Source of the DNA: Octopus bimaculoides
Taxonomy: Eukaryota
Reading direction: 5' to 3'
DNA: 58,047 nucleotides
Assembly (NCBI RefSeq): GCF_001194135.2
Contig: NC_068988.1
Location: 77,990,593-78,048,639, forward strand
Part shown: positions 37,996 through 51,500 of the stretch, one piece after another
Numbering within the stretch: position 1 is the first letter of the stretch
Layout of the letters: every line of letters begins with the position of its first letter
The notes under the pieces: generated by a model
Seen by the model: the letters and a program-made list of their open reading frames with translations, nothing else
Database searches by the model: none
What the model was told of the DNA's origin: nothing
Made by a program: the position numbers and the translations under genes

Positions 37996-38576
37996 GTCAA
38001 GGAAAAATATTAAAGATGAAAAATACTTTCATTTGTATTGCTGCAAAAGGAGAGCCTATGAATAGGGAGAAGCTCTGGGTCTACTTGTAAAACCATAATG
38101 TTAGTAACATGCTATCTCATCCAAAGTTGTTTGAGAGAGGATAAGGAGAAAGTTGGTGTATCTGTACCTCATCACAAAAGGTGTAGTATTTACCATGCAC
38201 ACAACTGGCAATTGAAGGAGATCCAAAGTGATGTAATTACCCTCAGTGGCTAAACAAAAGAAATTATAATTCTGAGTCTTTTCTTCTTCCTTCAATTTTG
38301 CTTCCATTTCTTGGTAAGTGTCTTCCTGATACCTAGGGCAAAACTCATTTGTATACATTGATAGGCCATTAAAATAAACACACCAGATTGTTCATTTACA
38401 AAATCACATAAAGTTATGTGGGAAAAAAAATATTTATATGTCAAGTTATCATTTTCACTGTGACAATGTTCTTCTCGATGTGTGACATACCAGTTAAAAC
38501 AACCTTCTGCAATTCTTGCAGGGATGGTAAACCAGAGATCATTCTCAAATAGTCTTTAGCTTATCAGTTATTATTA

Positions 38577-38643
<67 letters not shown>

Positions 38644-38657
38644 TATCATTATCTTTA

Positions 38658-38694
<37 letters not shown>

Positions 38695-38699
38695 TACAA

Positions 38700-39240
38700 T
38701 TCTCACCAGTTTTGATGTTTTGACTTATCTATGTCATGTCTCAGCTCCTTCCCAGAGCTTAAAAATGCCTCAACAGGTCTGGCCATCAACTGTGTATGTC
38801 CAATAATGTCTGGTAGTTCTAACTTCTCATACCAGGTTTTTGTGTCCCTTGAGGTTGTTCCAAGTGCCCCAATAATGGTGGGTATAACTCTCACTCTTGA
38901 AGCTCTGTGAATATGGCACATTTTGATACTTTGTGGATTTCTTGTTCTCTACCTTCATAATGTTCTGGACAGTGGGTATCGCTATGTTAATGAAGATCTT
39001 TTCTTTGGTCTCTTTCTGTAGGAGAATGGTATATCCTCAATTATGTTGTAGCTTCTTATTTGTGTAGATTGTCCTATATCATGCAAGTTTCATTTGATCA
39101 TTCTCCATGACTAGCAAGAATTGGTGTTCATACCACTTCTTGGTACACTCTGGCTCATATCTCCTTCACATTCCCTAGTGTACCTACTATACACCTCTGT
39201 CATGGCATTTTCTGTACTCCTTCTGGGTTAGTTTTGAAAA
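38700..39240 (-). mobile_element. R4/Dong-type LINE 3' fragment ending in the (ATT/ATC)n tract at 38570-38697
   Basis: KWYEH..., DRTIYTNKKLQHN, RVRVIPTIIGALG. Confidence 0.7.
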
Positions 39241-39894
39241 ATCCACTAACTCTATGTATAATTGTTTCAAATGAGTTCTCATTTCTATTCTTTTTGTTAT
39301 AGTGATTGTTGTTGTTGTTGGTGTTTAGCTGTTGGTTAGGATTCTTTGATCAGCTCAATAAGAAATAATGTTCTAGCTGTGACCATCCATTTCTCTTTTC
39401 TTATTTTTCAGACAGACTATTTAAGGCTTCATCATTGCATGTGTCCATTTTTTATACAGGAAGGTATCATATATATAAGGGGGATACTATTTCTAGAAAG
39501 TTGAGGGACTGTATTAGTTATTCATCCTATATATTTATCTTGACAGGTGACATGTAGTTACAATGAGAGAAGTAGTACATTACGGAAATATCTCTCATCT
39601 TCTAAATCAGTAACTATCAATGTTTTTAAAACTTGATGGCACATGGAAGATTAAATTTAAAAATTACTCTTAGATTTCTGATAAAGTTAAATTAAACAAT
39701 GTTTTATAATTAAAATTAGGAGAACAGTATGCAAAACTATTACTGATTTATCAATCTTAGTTATGTCTGCAAAATTATGAACACATTTTTCTAGATCACT
39801 CATTCATCCTTTGACATAGTTGAACAACCAATGCCAGACGGTTGTGTTTCACAGTACAGTGGGTTTGCACTATTCATTCTTTTGATCACTGAAT

Positions 39895-40110
39895 ACAAAG
39901 CATGACTCATCGGACCTCCATTTGGGGTATTTTTCAGAGTTGACATCTCATCCTTGTACACTAATCTATCATAAAGTTACCCATTTACAATCGAAAGGAC
40001 TGGAGCAATGTCAAATTAAGTGTTTTGCTCAAGAACACAATACACAGCTCATCTTGCAATTGTGAGTGCAAAACCCAGACCACTATGCCATGCACCTTCA
40101 CAATGCATAA
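39895..40110 (-). mobile_element. tRNA-headed SINE with a CORE-like domain
   Basis: Reverse complement TTCTTGAGCAAAACACTTAATTTGACATTGCTCCAGTC...GTAAATGGGTAAC resembles the MIR/CORE pattern; related to 47815-48195. Confidence 0.6.
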
Positions 40111-41091
40111 TATCTGGATCCCTAGGCATTAAGTATTGATTTCTTAAAGTAAAAAGACTATATTTCTTTAACTCTGCAATACAATTAGGTACCTGTTTAG
40201 GGTAGCACTAGTGCACAACCGTGCACCATTTATAAAACACTGCTCTAAACACTCTTATATTTATCTAATTAGGATTTTTCCTTTAAACCATTTCTCTGTT
40301 TTCAATCTGAAAAATCAAAGACATCTCAATATAATATTTGTCTAAATTGTATTTTATTTTATCAATAATATTACACATTTAGAGAGAGACAATAGGCAAC
40401 AAGTTATAAGGTCACATATATATATATGGAGGAACAGTGTATTGGAAACTGTTTGTATCATGGTCTCACAAAGACAACATCAGCAAAATCAGAATCCCAG
40501 GGAATAAAAAGGAAACTAGTAGAGACTTTATATGTCATTGTGGTGATTCTGCCAATCCGTGGCCTTCAAATTACATAATAATGATTAGTTATTGATTAGT
40601 ATCCATAAACAGTCCATTTCAATGCCAATTTGTTCACACCAGGACAGAACATATTCCATTAATGTGAGTGTGCTATAGTATTTCTCTCCTAAGAGGATTA
40701 AAAAACAAATTGTAATTGAGAACAGTAACATCTTCTGGACCAATGAACACTGTGATATTTTTTAATCTCCATTTTTATTAAGCATGCATATAATCTCTAT
40801 GCTTACTAATGAATACACTATTCTGGTGTCTGACAGAATTACTAAAATACAAAAGTTATTTCAAGATACAAAGATATATTCTTGGAAAATTTCTAGTTTC
40901 AAAATAGTAATCCAAATTTTTGATTTCGAAAAATAGAAAGCTTGTTTAGAATTTGTTGAATGAGAAGTAAATGTTGTTACACAAGAAACAACCTTGATTA
41001 TTGGAGTAAAAATAATGACAAAACTTCTTGAAATTTTCTAATACATATTATCTATCAAAAACACACAGACACATGTGTGTGTGTATATAAC

Positions 41092-41123
<32 letters not shown>

Positions 41124-41129
41124 CATATC

Positions 41130-41449
41130 AATAGCAGTCACAAAAGTGACAGAGGGTGCTGACTAGAATCAACTATTGCTAGAAAAAGAATTAAAACAAC
41201 TCAAAAGCTACAAAGCTCTATTCTTAATGATTGACAAAGGAAAGTAAATCCCCAGCGTATACAGACAGATCGCCGATTTTGGATTTTGATGTAGACCATC
41301 TTAATCCTCATAGTTGATCTGACTATATATGCTGGGGACTTTGTCAGTCATTAAGAATAGTGCTTTGTGGCTTTTGAGTTGTTTTAACTCTTATTTCTAG
41401 CAATAGCTGATGCTAGTTAGTACACTCTGTCACTTTTGTGACTTCTATT
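41130..41449. mobile_element. Foldback/MITE: ~140-bp inverted arms with a 44-bp spacer
   Basis: 41130-41271 pairs with 41316-41449, with scattered mismatches and one ~9-10-bp indel. Confidence 0.9.
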
Positions 41450-41547
41450 AATTTTGACTTTAGGTTCAAATTGCTAATAAGCCATCCATTTAATTTGTTG
41501 TTTACACCACCTGTCCTCGTCTGTTGTTGTTTTTTTCGTAAATTCTC

Positions 41548-41608
<61 letters not shown>

Positions 41609-41613
41609 TAGAT

Positions 41614-41644
<31 letters not shown>

Positions 41645-42936
41645 CTAGCAGTGCACCCCAGACGTTGCCCAGGTATTATGACCTTCAGCCACATTGTATT
41701 ATTTGTTCCTTTCTTATGGGCAGAATTGGCATATGAGGAATATGAAGTAAACAACTCTTCTTTATAAACATGTTTATCTGTCATTTTCTGATGAACAGTG
41801 CTGCAGTTTCTATCTACCAAATTCAGTCACAAGTCTGTGGTTGGTGTAGGGCTATAGCAGAAAACACTTGCCCAAGGGACTGAACGTGGAACCATGTGGT
41901 TGGGAAGCAAACCTCTCAACCACACAGTCGTTCTTGCACCTAATATCTGTGTGTGTGTGTGTGTTTACATTTGTTGTTAAATCAAGTATTGTGTCCCATT
42001 ATTTTTCAAAGTTAGCAGTTCATCAAGCAGAGATCCATAAAATAAATGTCATATTGAAATACACACTGAGGTCAGTATGATCAATTAAATCTTTGAAGGT
42101 GATACTCCATTATAGGGATCGTCAAAAGACTAAACCTAGTAAAATAATGTTTAAAGACTTAATGGCTTCATATTTAAAGTAATGGATAGCCACAAGATAA
42201 TGAGTTCAAAACTTTGTATTGAACTTCCACTTTGTATGATAGCACGGTCTACTTGACTTCCAGCAATTAACAATTGTAATTTGAAGTTGAATGATTAGCA
42301 GTAAGAAAGATGTCCAGATTTCTTTAAAAATTATTGTGCAAAATATTGTGAGAAATAGTAATTTTTTCACCACAACAAAACACACACACACATACAGGTG
42401 TCTCTGTCGTGATTTGAGTTACTACAAATAGCAGCAAAATCTCTCTTAAAACTCACCTTTTCATCAAAAGAAAGACACAGATTTAGAGTATTTCAGGAAG
42501 AAAAAGAAAAAAACTATGCGATGGGTCTGCTATATCAGAGGCAACTCTAGGCTAAACAAAACAGACAAACATACTTTACCTTAAAAGATTATCTACCAAA
42601 TAATACTAATAAAGTTGACGGTATATTTTTGAAGTTTCATTCCCTGGTAAAACTCCATGTATTTTAAACATTTTCTAATTATGGTCTATCTAAGACATAA
42701 GGATTGTTCAAGTAGAGTGGCCTCCCTTAGCTAAAGACTTGAAAATTGTGTGACTCGACCTTGTTTTTAAAGTTATTTTTGTAGAAAAAAAAGTTGTGCA
42801 AAATACATACTTTTTTTGAGTAGCCAAAAGGTTACTGAATCTTTTGATACCTTACACATCAAAATCGGCAACTCAGTTTTTGAATCCATAAGAAACACAT
42901 ACACACATGCACACACACACATGCACACACACACAT

Positions 42937-42989
<53 letters not shown>

Positions 42990-43857
42990 CCGTTTTATAT
43001 AATAACATATTCACATATACATAAACCTTCATACTCACACATGCACAGAGAGAGAGACAAAGAGAGAGAGATGTGTGTATTTCGCAACGAGTGTATATAT
43101 GTGTGTAACTATATACAGAAAGTATATAGTAAATGTATAGAAATGTACATGTTGTAAATAAGCTATCATGACTATCAGGACTTTAAAACAATGCAATTGA
43201 TTTAATTTCAGCACACAATCTCAGATCAAGTCTTTTGCTACACAAGTAAAACAAGAAACACACCTGTGCATCCTGAGAACATACAGACATACATACAAGC
43301 ATACTTAAGTTTATTTCTATAGATTTTCTATAGAAGTTAGAGTCAGTACTGAAAATTACAATGTTTTGTATCGGAATATGTCTAAGTAAACAATGCAATC
43401 TAAGATTGGTTGTAAATGCATATTTCAGGGGTTATTGTTTCCTTCTTGAGCACAATGTCTAACCTATAAATTATCCATGAATATATTGCTTAAATACCTG
43501 CTAATTTTTTTGTGGTGTGACACTATTGCAGAGATCAATTTATATATTAAACGCATTCCTGGCAACAGGTACATTATCATCATTCCTAATGCTGATCACT
43601 CCAAGAGTGCGGTGGGTGCTTTTTACATGTCACTGGCGTGGATGCAAATAACATAACATTGGCATGAGCCATGACTATGATCTCACTTGGTTTGACAGGT
43701 CTTCTGAAACATGGTATATCACCAATAGTCTCAGCCACTTGTCACTGCCTCCTTGAGGCCTAATGTTTGAACATACATATTAATTGCTGGTGTTCCTATT
43801 AACTCCTGAAATATGCATATACACCCTTTACCTATTTTTCTATTTCAATCACATTAT

Positions 43858-44214
43858 TTACAGAGACATATTCATATACAAAATGTTATAAATTTCACTG
43901 CTGGCTCTAAATTCTTTACCGTAGTTGGTAGAATATTTATCCAGGAATAGTTGTTTCTGCTGCCATAATTTTCGTGATTTGTTTTCTTCTCTGGAGATAT
44001 CTTTGATCCATAGTTCGCGCATTTTTTTTTTTACATTGCCAGTTGCTAGTTTTGATATTTCATCTTCAATAAGACTGTCGATTGCTTCATATTTGGTTTT
44101 ATAACGGGATTGTTTAGACAGGGTGATAGAAATGTCGGTCCTGAATTTTGTTATGCATGTGCTAGTGGTTTGCATGTGTATGCATTTATGTTTAAATGTG
44201 TTGAAATAAAGCAA
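43858..44214 (-). CDS. Stop-free 118-aa ORF, helical and charged; possible PLE N-terminal domain or orphan exon
   Basis: TKFRTD...IEDEISKLATGNVKKKMRELWIKDISREENKSRKLWQQKQLFLDKY; CpGs retained; candidate donor G|GTAAAG at about 43921. Confidence 0.35.
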   Translation of the reverse strand: MLYFNTFKHKCIHMQTTSTCITKFRTDISITLSKQSRYKTKYEAIDSLIEDEISKLATGNVKKKMRELWIKDISREENKSRKLWQQKQLFLDKYSTNYGKEFRASSEIYNILYMNMSL

Positions 44215-44314
44215 GTACCCAGCTGAAATATATATATTAGAAACTTCACATTATCAACTAAACCTTTGAAGGTGTAATTCCAGCATGCTCAAAGCCCAAT
44301 TAGTAAAATTAGTA

Positions 44315-44370
<56 letters not shown>

Positions 44371-44446
44371 ACACATATTGATATGTAATTGTAAGATCCC
44401 AGGATCTTCCTTAACAACAATGTAACCTTCATATAATTATGGTGTT

Positions 44447-44535
44447 TTTGGCCTGATGAGTAGCTAGTCAACTACTCCTCATTAAGTAATTATTACTTCC
44501 AAGGATCCAGTAGCTAGGAAACATATGTAACTGGG
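44447..44535 (+). ncRNA. Type I hammerhead ribozyme candidate, intact core
   Basis: CUGAUGA 44453-44459; stem II UAGCUA/UAGCUA; GAAA 44518-44521; palindromic stem III ACAUAUGU; GUA cleavage after 44529; stem I weak and G.U-rich. Confidence 0.6.
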
Positions 44536-44570
44536 GTTTTACCAGCTTCGTTCTCTCAATTTGGATACAT

Positions 44571-44606
<36 letters not shown>

Positions 44607-44700
44607 CCATCCATTCATACTCCCTCATACACTCCCACTCCTACCATAATAATGATGATGATGATGGTGGTGGTGATTTATGATGATGATGATGATGATG

Positions 44701-44755
<55 letters not shown>

Positions 44756-45409
44756 TATTGGATGGCTATTGACTCTCTTCAGTTCATCTTTGATTTCACT
44801 CTCATCTCACAAGTTGTCTAAAAATCGTTTGCCTCATCAAGTATCATCATCATCATCGTCATCATCATCATCATCATCATCATCACCATCATTTAATGCC
44901 CACTTTTCCATGCTTGCATAACAGTAAAGACCATTTACAACCAGCATGTGATGTCAGGACAGGAATGCATATAAACACACACACACACAATGCACACATT
45001 TCATTTTGGCCAAATTTAATCTCTTGCTACTCTGAGTTTCACCAGTAATTACATGATACTCAGAGGAGCAAGAGACTAAATCAGCCAAAATAAAATATCA
45101 TCAATCTCTACCATGTTCATACATACTCTTTTTTCTGACTGTTAATAGTAAATGGACCATCGTCATCATCTGCTTTCCATGCTGGCATGGGTTCGATGGT
45201 TCGACAGGTGCTGAATAGGCAGAAGACTGCAGCACACTTCACTGTTTGTTTTGGCAGGGATTTTACAGCTGGATGCCCTTTCTAACACCAATCACTTTAT
45301 ACAAGAATGTTTGTTGACAGTGACTTCAAAGTTTGGGCCAGCTAAGTCATTGCTAGCAGTCCAACAATGGTTTAGCTATCTGAAATTTCAAAGTCACTGT
45401 CAACGACAT

Positions 45410-45860
45410 TCTTGTATAAGAATGTGTTTGTCCTCTCCCCCAAATGCTTGACAACCAATGTTGGTGTATTTACATTCCTGTAATTTAGTGGTTCAGCAAA
45501 AGAGACTGATACACTAAGTACTAGGCTTAAAAAAAAAGTCCTGGGGTCAATTTGTTTGACTAAAATACTCTTCAAGCCAGTGCCCCAGCATGGCTGCAGT
45601 CAAATTACTGAAACAATTGAAAGATATATATGTACATACAGGAGTGTGTGTATGTCCTTATGTCTGTGATTGTCCCTCACCATCACTTGACAACTGGTGT
45701 TGGTGTGTTCATGTCCCTGTAACTTAGCAGTTCAACAAAAGATACTGACAGAATAAGTACCATGCCTCAAAAAATATACTGGGATTGATTCATTTGACTA
45801 AAAAAAACTCTTCAAAGCAGTGCATGGTTGCACTCTAATGATTGAAACAAGTAAAAAGTA
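45410..45860 (+). mobile_element. Two tandem 3' halves of SINE family A
   Basis: CCCC...CTTGACAAC...ACTGAAACAA at about 45410-45625 and 45660-45860. Confidence 0.75.
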
Positions 45861-45965
45861 AAAGATATATATATATATATATATATATGTATACTGGAGT
45901 AAGCACATAAATGTGCAACAAGGTGGAAAAAAAGAGTACTCAAATACCAGAGGTAGAGTAATATG

Positions 45966-46080
45966 CTTTATTTAAAAGCAGCAGAAATATAACAAAAAAC
46001 TGTTACTCGGAGTTTCACGTTGGGAACGTGAAACTCCAAGTAACAGTTTTTTGTTATATTTCTGCTGCTTTTAAATAAAG
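45966..46080. other. Near-perfect 115-bp palindrome carrying the 3' half of an HHR
   Basis: 56-bp arms, one mismatch, GGG loop; each arm reads GAAA-CUCC(G/A)AG-UA-ACAG. Confidence 0.9.
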
Positions 46081-47814
46081 TAGATATATATATATATATA
46101 TATATATATAAAGAAGATTATATTATAATGTGATAGTGATGGTCGTGGTGGTGGCAATGATGGTAGTGATGGTGGTTGTGATGATAGCAAAGGCAATAAT
46201 GATAAGCTTCTTTCAGTTTCTCCCTATCAAATCCATGCACAAGACTTTGATTGGCCTGGGATTATAGTAGAAGACCCTTACCCAAGGTGCCATTCAGTGG
46301 AACTGAACTACAGACCTAGAGACATGGTTGGGAAGCAAGCTTCTCAACCACACATCTATGCTTGTGCTTAACCACACCTGTGCTTTAGGGTATGTATTTG
46401 TAAAACAATATTGTGCTAATCTAACCCATGCAAGCATGGGAAATAGGACATAAAACAAAATGAACAGATGATTATATATATGGAGAAAGGGAGAAGAGCA
46501 GGAGAGAAAGGAAGAGAGAGATATATAGGGAGAGATACATGCCAAAAGAAAGGGAGAGTTAGTGAGTAAATCAGAGAAATTGCAGTTGGTGGAGTGAATA
46601 ATCATTAATAGAAAATAAAACGGCTGATTTTTAAAAAATTAATTTTGATGAGATAATGAGAGTTTAGTCAGAATATTTCACTTGACAATTGCAGTGCTAT
46701 TGTGAAAGTATTGATTCTGTCAGTGACAATGTAATTGAAAATATTTAAGTGAATGTGCGTGTGTGTGTGTACATGCATAAATACATGTGTGTGTATGTGT
46801 ATGCATAAGTAAATAAGTAATTACAAAAGAAAAAATAAAATCAAAAATAATTAAAAAGTATCTAAAAAAATACACAAAAATATTGTCAAACAAAATGGAT
46901 GAAATAAATCATAATTAAAAATACAATTTTTACAAACAGAAGTAAAAATAACCAAAATGATAAATAAACTGTAATTATTTAAAAATGCTTCTACAAAAAA
47001 TGGTGGTGATAGTGATGGTGATGGTGGTGGCGATGGTAGTGATGGTGATTGTGCAAGTAACAATGGTGAGGATGATAGTGATGCAAGGGGCGGAGTTGAT
47101 GGTGGTGGTGATGGTGATGTAGCAGATAATAATCCAACAACATACAGCAGTACAAGGAGTTATTAAATTCTTTTCATTGCCACATGACCAACAAATAAAC
47201 CATCACAATTGGCTGTAATGAGGGGGGACTTTGATCAAGTTTAGCTTATTGATATTCAGATAGAATCCCTGAAGAAGGCATCAAGGGCTGGAGTGGCATT
47301 ATGGAAATAAACTGTGCCTGATACAACCCACATTCAGCAGCTTGGAATAGAAAGGTAATTGGATCCTGATAATGTATGGGGAAACTATTTTGTATGTCCT
47401 TTACAAAAGGATATAGTCTTACTATTAGGTGAAACTATAGAAACTAATTCCACAACAAAGTTTAACAAAAATTGCTATCAGTTTGCGCGCAGTTATTTGT
47501 AGAGTGAAACTGGTGTGATTACTGAGATGTAGATCCTTGTACAGCTTACAGAATAAACTGTCTTTAAAATACTTTAAAAAGTACATCTATGATTTACTGA
47601 ATAAGACCAAAATATGTTTGGAATTATCTCCAGTGCTCAAGGATATAATTAATATAAAATTAATTATTGTGCTTTATTAAGTTTCCATCAACTTGTAATT
47701 ATTTCCAATTAGCTGTTTGATGTTCACAAGATTCTATCTATCTACATACATGCTACATATATATATAAATGTGTATATACACACTCACATACGCACACAT
47801 TTTATTAGTGGGTT

Positions 47815-48195
47815 GTAAAGGCACATAATTCTGTGGTTAGAGCATTGGGCTCACAGTCTTGAAGTTGTCAGTTTGATTCCTGAACCGGGCTGTGTGTTGT
47901 GTTCTTGAGCAAGACACTTTATTTCACTTTGCTCCAGTTCACTCATTAGTATTTTGTAGGTGTGCATGTGCATGTAGGTGCCTGAATATGCTCAGCTGTA
48001 GAAATGAGTTGTGACATCACAAGTGCCAAGCTGTATCAGCTTTTGCCTTTCCCTTGGATAACATTAATGGTGTGGAGGGGAGAGGCTGGTATGCATGGGT
48101 GACTGCTGGTCTTCCATAAACAATCTTGCCCAGCCTTGTGCCTAGGAGGGAAACTTTCTAGGTGCAATCCCATGATCATTCATGACCAAAGGGTG
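47815..48195 (+). mobile_element. tRNA-headed SINE with a CORE-like domain
   Basis: GTGGTTAGAGC A-box, GTTTGATTCC B-box, CTTGAGCAAGACACTTTATTTCAC...CAGCTGTAGAAATGAG. Confidence 0.75.
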
Positions 48196-48453
48196 TCTTT
48201 ATCTTTTTTCTATTTGTGGGTTGACCAGGTTACCATTGGTTTCTTGATTAGAGTGGTATATCTCTTAACAATTTTCAAGCCTATTGCAAGGGATATTGGT
48301 GTTCATCTCCCACTTGAATGAAAACACCAAGATATGACACTATTGAATACACAAATTTACATATTAAACACATTCTCGGCAACTGGTAAATAAATATTAA
48401 TTGCTAGTGAGGACACAGTATTTCATTTTGCTTCCATAATATACTACCAAATA

Positions 48454-49353
48454 TGAGGGGGTACACAAAAGAAACAGGAATTTTGCAATATTATTTCATT
48501 CACTTTAATTTTACATGTTTACGCTTTTATTGCCTTCAAAGTATTCTCCATTTGAAGCCATGCATTGGTCCAGACGCGTTTTCCACTATTCAAAGCAGTA
48601 CTGAAACTCTTGTGAAGTGATGCTTTTTAATGCCTCCATCGTTTTCTTTCTTCACCTCTTCCACATCTGAAAATTCCGCAGCACCAGCTTTCATCACCAG
48701 TGATAACCTTTGGAAAAAGGTCTGTATCAACTTCCAGCTGTTCTTTCAGTTCATGACACACATTCTGTTGTAACTGATTTTGATCTTCCGTAAGTGAGGC
48801 ACAAATTTTGCTGCAACTCTTTTCATTCACAATTCCTTGCTCAAAATCCATTGGCAGCAGCTCCAGGACACACCAGTTATATCAACAAGTTTGTCAATTG
48901 TTCAGTGAGGGTCCTCCAAGATCAGTTCATGAATTTACATGATATTTTCATTTGTTCAGGAGGTTGACTGTCGTCCTGAACGAATTTGGTACTCAAGCGA
49001 AAAGTGATCATTCCTAATGCATGGAAACCACTCGTAAACTTGTGTTTTGCTCCTGGCAGTATCCTTGTAAGCTGTTTGAAGCATGACAACTGTTTTGGCA
49101 GCCATTTTCCCTTACAGAAAACAGAATTTCATGGAAGCATGTTGTTCTTTCATTTCAGCCATCATAAAAATCAGCAAAAACGGAAGATGCACTGCAAAAC
49201 AAAGATGCATCATGTGACAGTATGGCTCCAGGCAACACCGCTGGTTGGCAGATGCCTGAGGGTTGCATTAAGTGGCTTCTAGTGGCAGAAGTCTGAACTA
49301 CAATGGGTTTGGCTCACAGACAATGTCTCCAGTTATTTTTGGGTACCACTTTG
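48454..49353 (-). mobile_element. Mariner internal-deletion derivative with both (diverged) TIRs
   Basis: TA-flanked TGAGGGGGTACACAAAAGAAACAGG / CAAAGTGGTACCCAAAAATAACTGG; LTEDQ...DLFPKVITGDESWCCG fused at about 48680 directly to the C-terminal helix. Confidence 0.85.
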
Positions 49354-49399
49354 TAAATTAAAGGTTTACAAGTTAGTATTGTGTCTTACTTCTGTAAGT

Positions 49400-49720
49400 C
49401 ACTCAGGTAACAGAATTGTCTACTATCTCTGCAGAGCCTCCAGGGCATTGGGGAGAATCAATTTCTCATATATCTTTGGTCTTTATGACACCTGAGCATC
49501 TTCCAGGTACAAATGTACATTCTCTGTTAATCTTTTTATGATTCCACTGTATCACCTGTTTTTCCATACCCTGCACTAGGTACACTATGTAGAATTCTTG
49601 CCTACACCTTTTCTACATATTGATCAAAGCCATTTACTGGAAGTGAATAGAAGCCTATTTTCCTATTTGAACACTAACTTAAGTATTGTTTTTCCATCCA
49701 GATTGTGTCCCTGAGTTATT
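49400..49720 (-). mobile_element. RTE LINE fragment (PHD-like finger region)
   Basis: Homologous by eye to 1800-2050. Confidence 0.65.
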
Positions 49721-50054
49721 GGCTCCAGTAATTTAATTTTACATATATACATATATAGTTATGTTGTTTTATTTGCCGTGTTTGTTTGTCAAAGTAACCT
49801 TAGATTAATATTATCTAAATGTTAAATGAAATATAGCTGAGTATCTTGAACAAACATCTTAGAATTGGTTGTGTTTCAAAGGTGGATGAGAGCTTAAATC
49901 TCAATGGCTACGTTATCCCAGTGAGAAACAGTGACCCTTAGAGAGGCACAGTGATGCAACAATGTAACCCAAATTAACAAATCATGAGTTGTGTTTGTCA
50001 TCATGTTCAATACAAGAAAGTATTACAGGAGATAGATCATACAAACATTGATCT

Positions 50055-50112
<58 letters not shown>

Positions 50113-50122
50113 GCGCGCGCAC

Positions 50123-50163
<41 letters not shown>

Positions 50164-50656
50164 CTGTTAAAAGAGTACCAAATTTCTGTTTAATCAAACA
50201 GATAAATGTTTTAGAGACATTATACATAAGCTTTATTACTGTCAAGGTCCACAATATTTCATAAACCGTTGGCAGTCTATCCAGTGTCAACAAACAATAA
50301 TAAAAATCAATATTCAAGCTCAGATTTTATTGGAATTATAATAAAGGGCAAATAGAGATAACTAACAGCTATGCTAGTAGAGTAAATCAAGTAAAAATAA
50401 AAAAGCTCATTAAAAATTTGTGATCAGCATACACCTTTATATTGCACTCAGTATACAACTTTACATTGTGAAGAATAGACATGTTCCTAACTATAAAAAT
50501 ATTGCTATGATCTTTTGTGGCTCTCTTCAGGGACTTACGGCTCTCCTTGTCTTGGAGAAGACGTTCTTTTGGAAAACAGGAGTATCATTCTCTTGTGTGG
50601 TAGTGCACTAATTTAAATAAGTAATTTCAGGTCATTAATAATAATAATAATAATAA

Positions 50657-51010
50657 TCTTGAAATAGAAATTAGCAAAATGTGGAATCTGAAGACGAAAA
50701 CAATACCTATTGTCATAGGTGCCCTGGGAATGACAGCGAAACGGGCTGATTACTACCTAGATCAGATACCAGGAAACCCCAAAATGGCTGAAGTTCAAAA
50801 GATAGTGCTCATGGGAACTGCCCATATCCTACGTAAAATACTATGTGATCTCAAATTTTAAAACATTCTCTAGAACAACACTGTACAAATTCAAATATAT
50901 GGTACCCTAGGCATAACACCTACATGAACTTCTAACTTGTTGTCTCTTGAGGTCTCTGGGTGAGACTTGGATCCAACTTGTACAAATGCAAAGCAAAAGT
51001 CAAACATAAA
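50657..51010 (+). mobile_element. 5'-truncated R4/Dong-type LINE flanked by (AAT)n on both sides
   Basis: LEIEISKMWNLKTKTIPIVIGALG...EVQKIVLMGTAHILRKIL, then a 3'UTR. Confidence 0.9.
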
Positions 51011-51022
51011 ATAATAATAATA

Positions 51023-51077
<55 letters not shown>

Positions 51078-51299
51078 GTTCTCAGGCTTTAATCATATTG
51101 ACATTTTACATTAAAAATACTAATTTCTGGCAATGCTGATAATAATTTTCACCAGTAATTATGATAATTTTTTATAATGAAAATAAATTTCTAACATTAA
51201 TAAAGGTAACTTCTGAGAACATTTACAGATATTCTTGGTCCACTACAAAGTGTCTTAAGATACAACATCGTTGATTTAATCAATTCTAACATATTACAG

Positions 51300-51500
51300 A
51301 TACTTATGTTTAGAGTACCTCAAGAATTCATCTTCTCATCTGCTCTTTTTAACTTTTATCTAAACAACTTTCCCATATCACTTCCAAACATACACATAGT
51401 TTCATACACAAACGGCATCATACTTATATCCTTTCGCCATTCTCCAGGTAATGAAATACAACTACTTCAACCCCACTTATATCATATAGACGAAACCTGA
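51300..51500 (+). mobile_element. Non-LTR RT fragment (motifs 4-5, decayed)
   Basis: VPQEFIFSSALFNFYLNNFP...IVSYTNGIIL corresponds to GVPQGS.LSP.LFN.Y..D...YADD. Confidence 0.7.

Noticed and set aside
47266-47315. CCCUGAAGAAGGC...GAAA; similar partial motif at 50500-50535 (-)
   Set aside because: No stem II pairing adjacent to GAAA and no stem III/NUH
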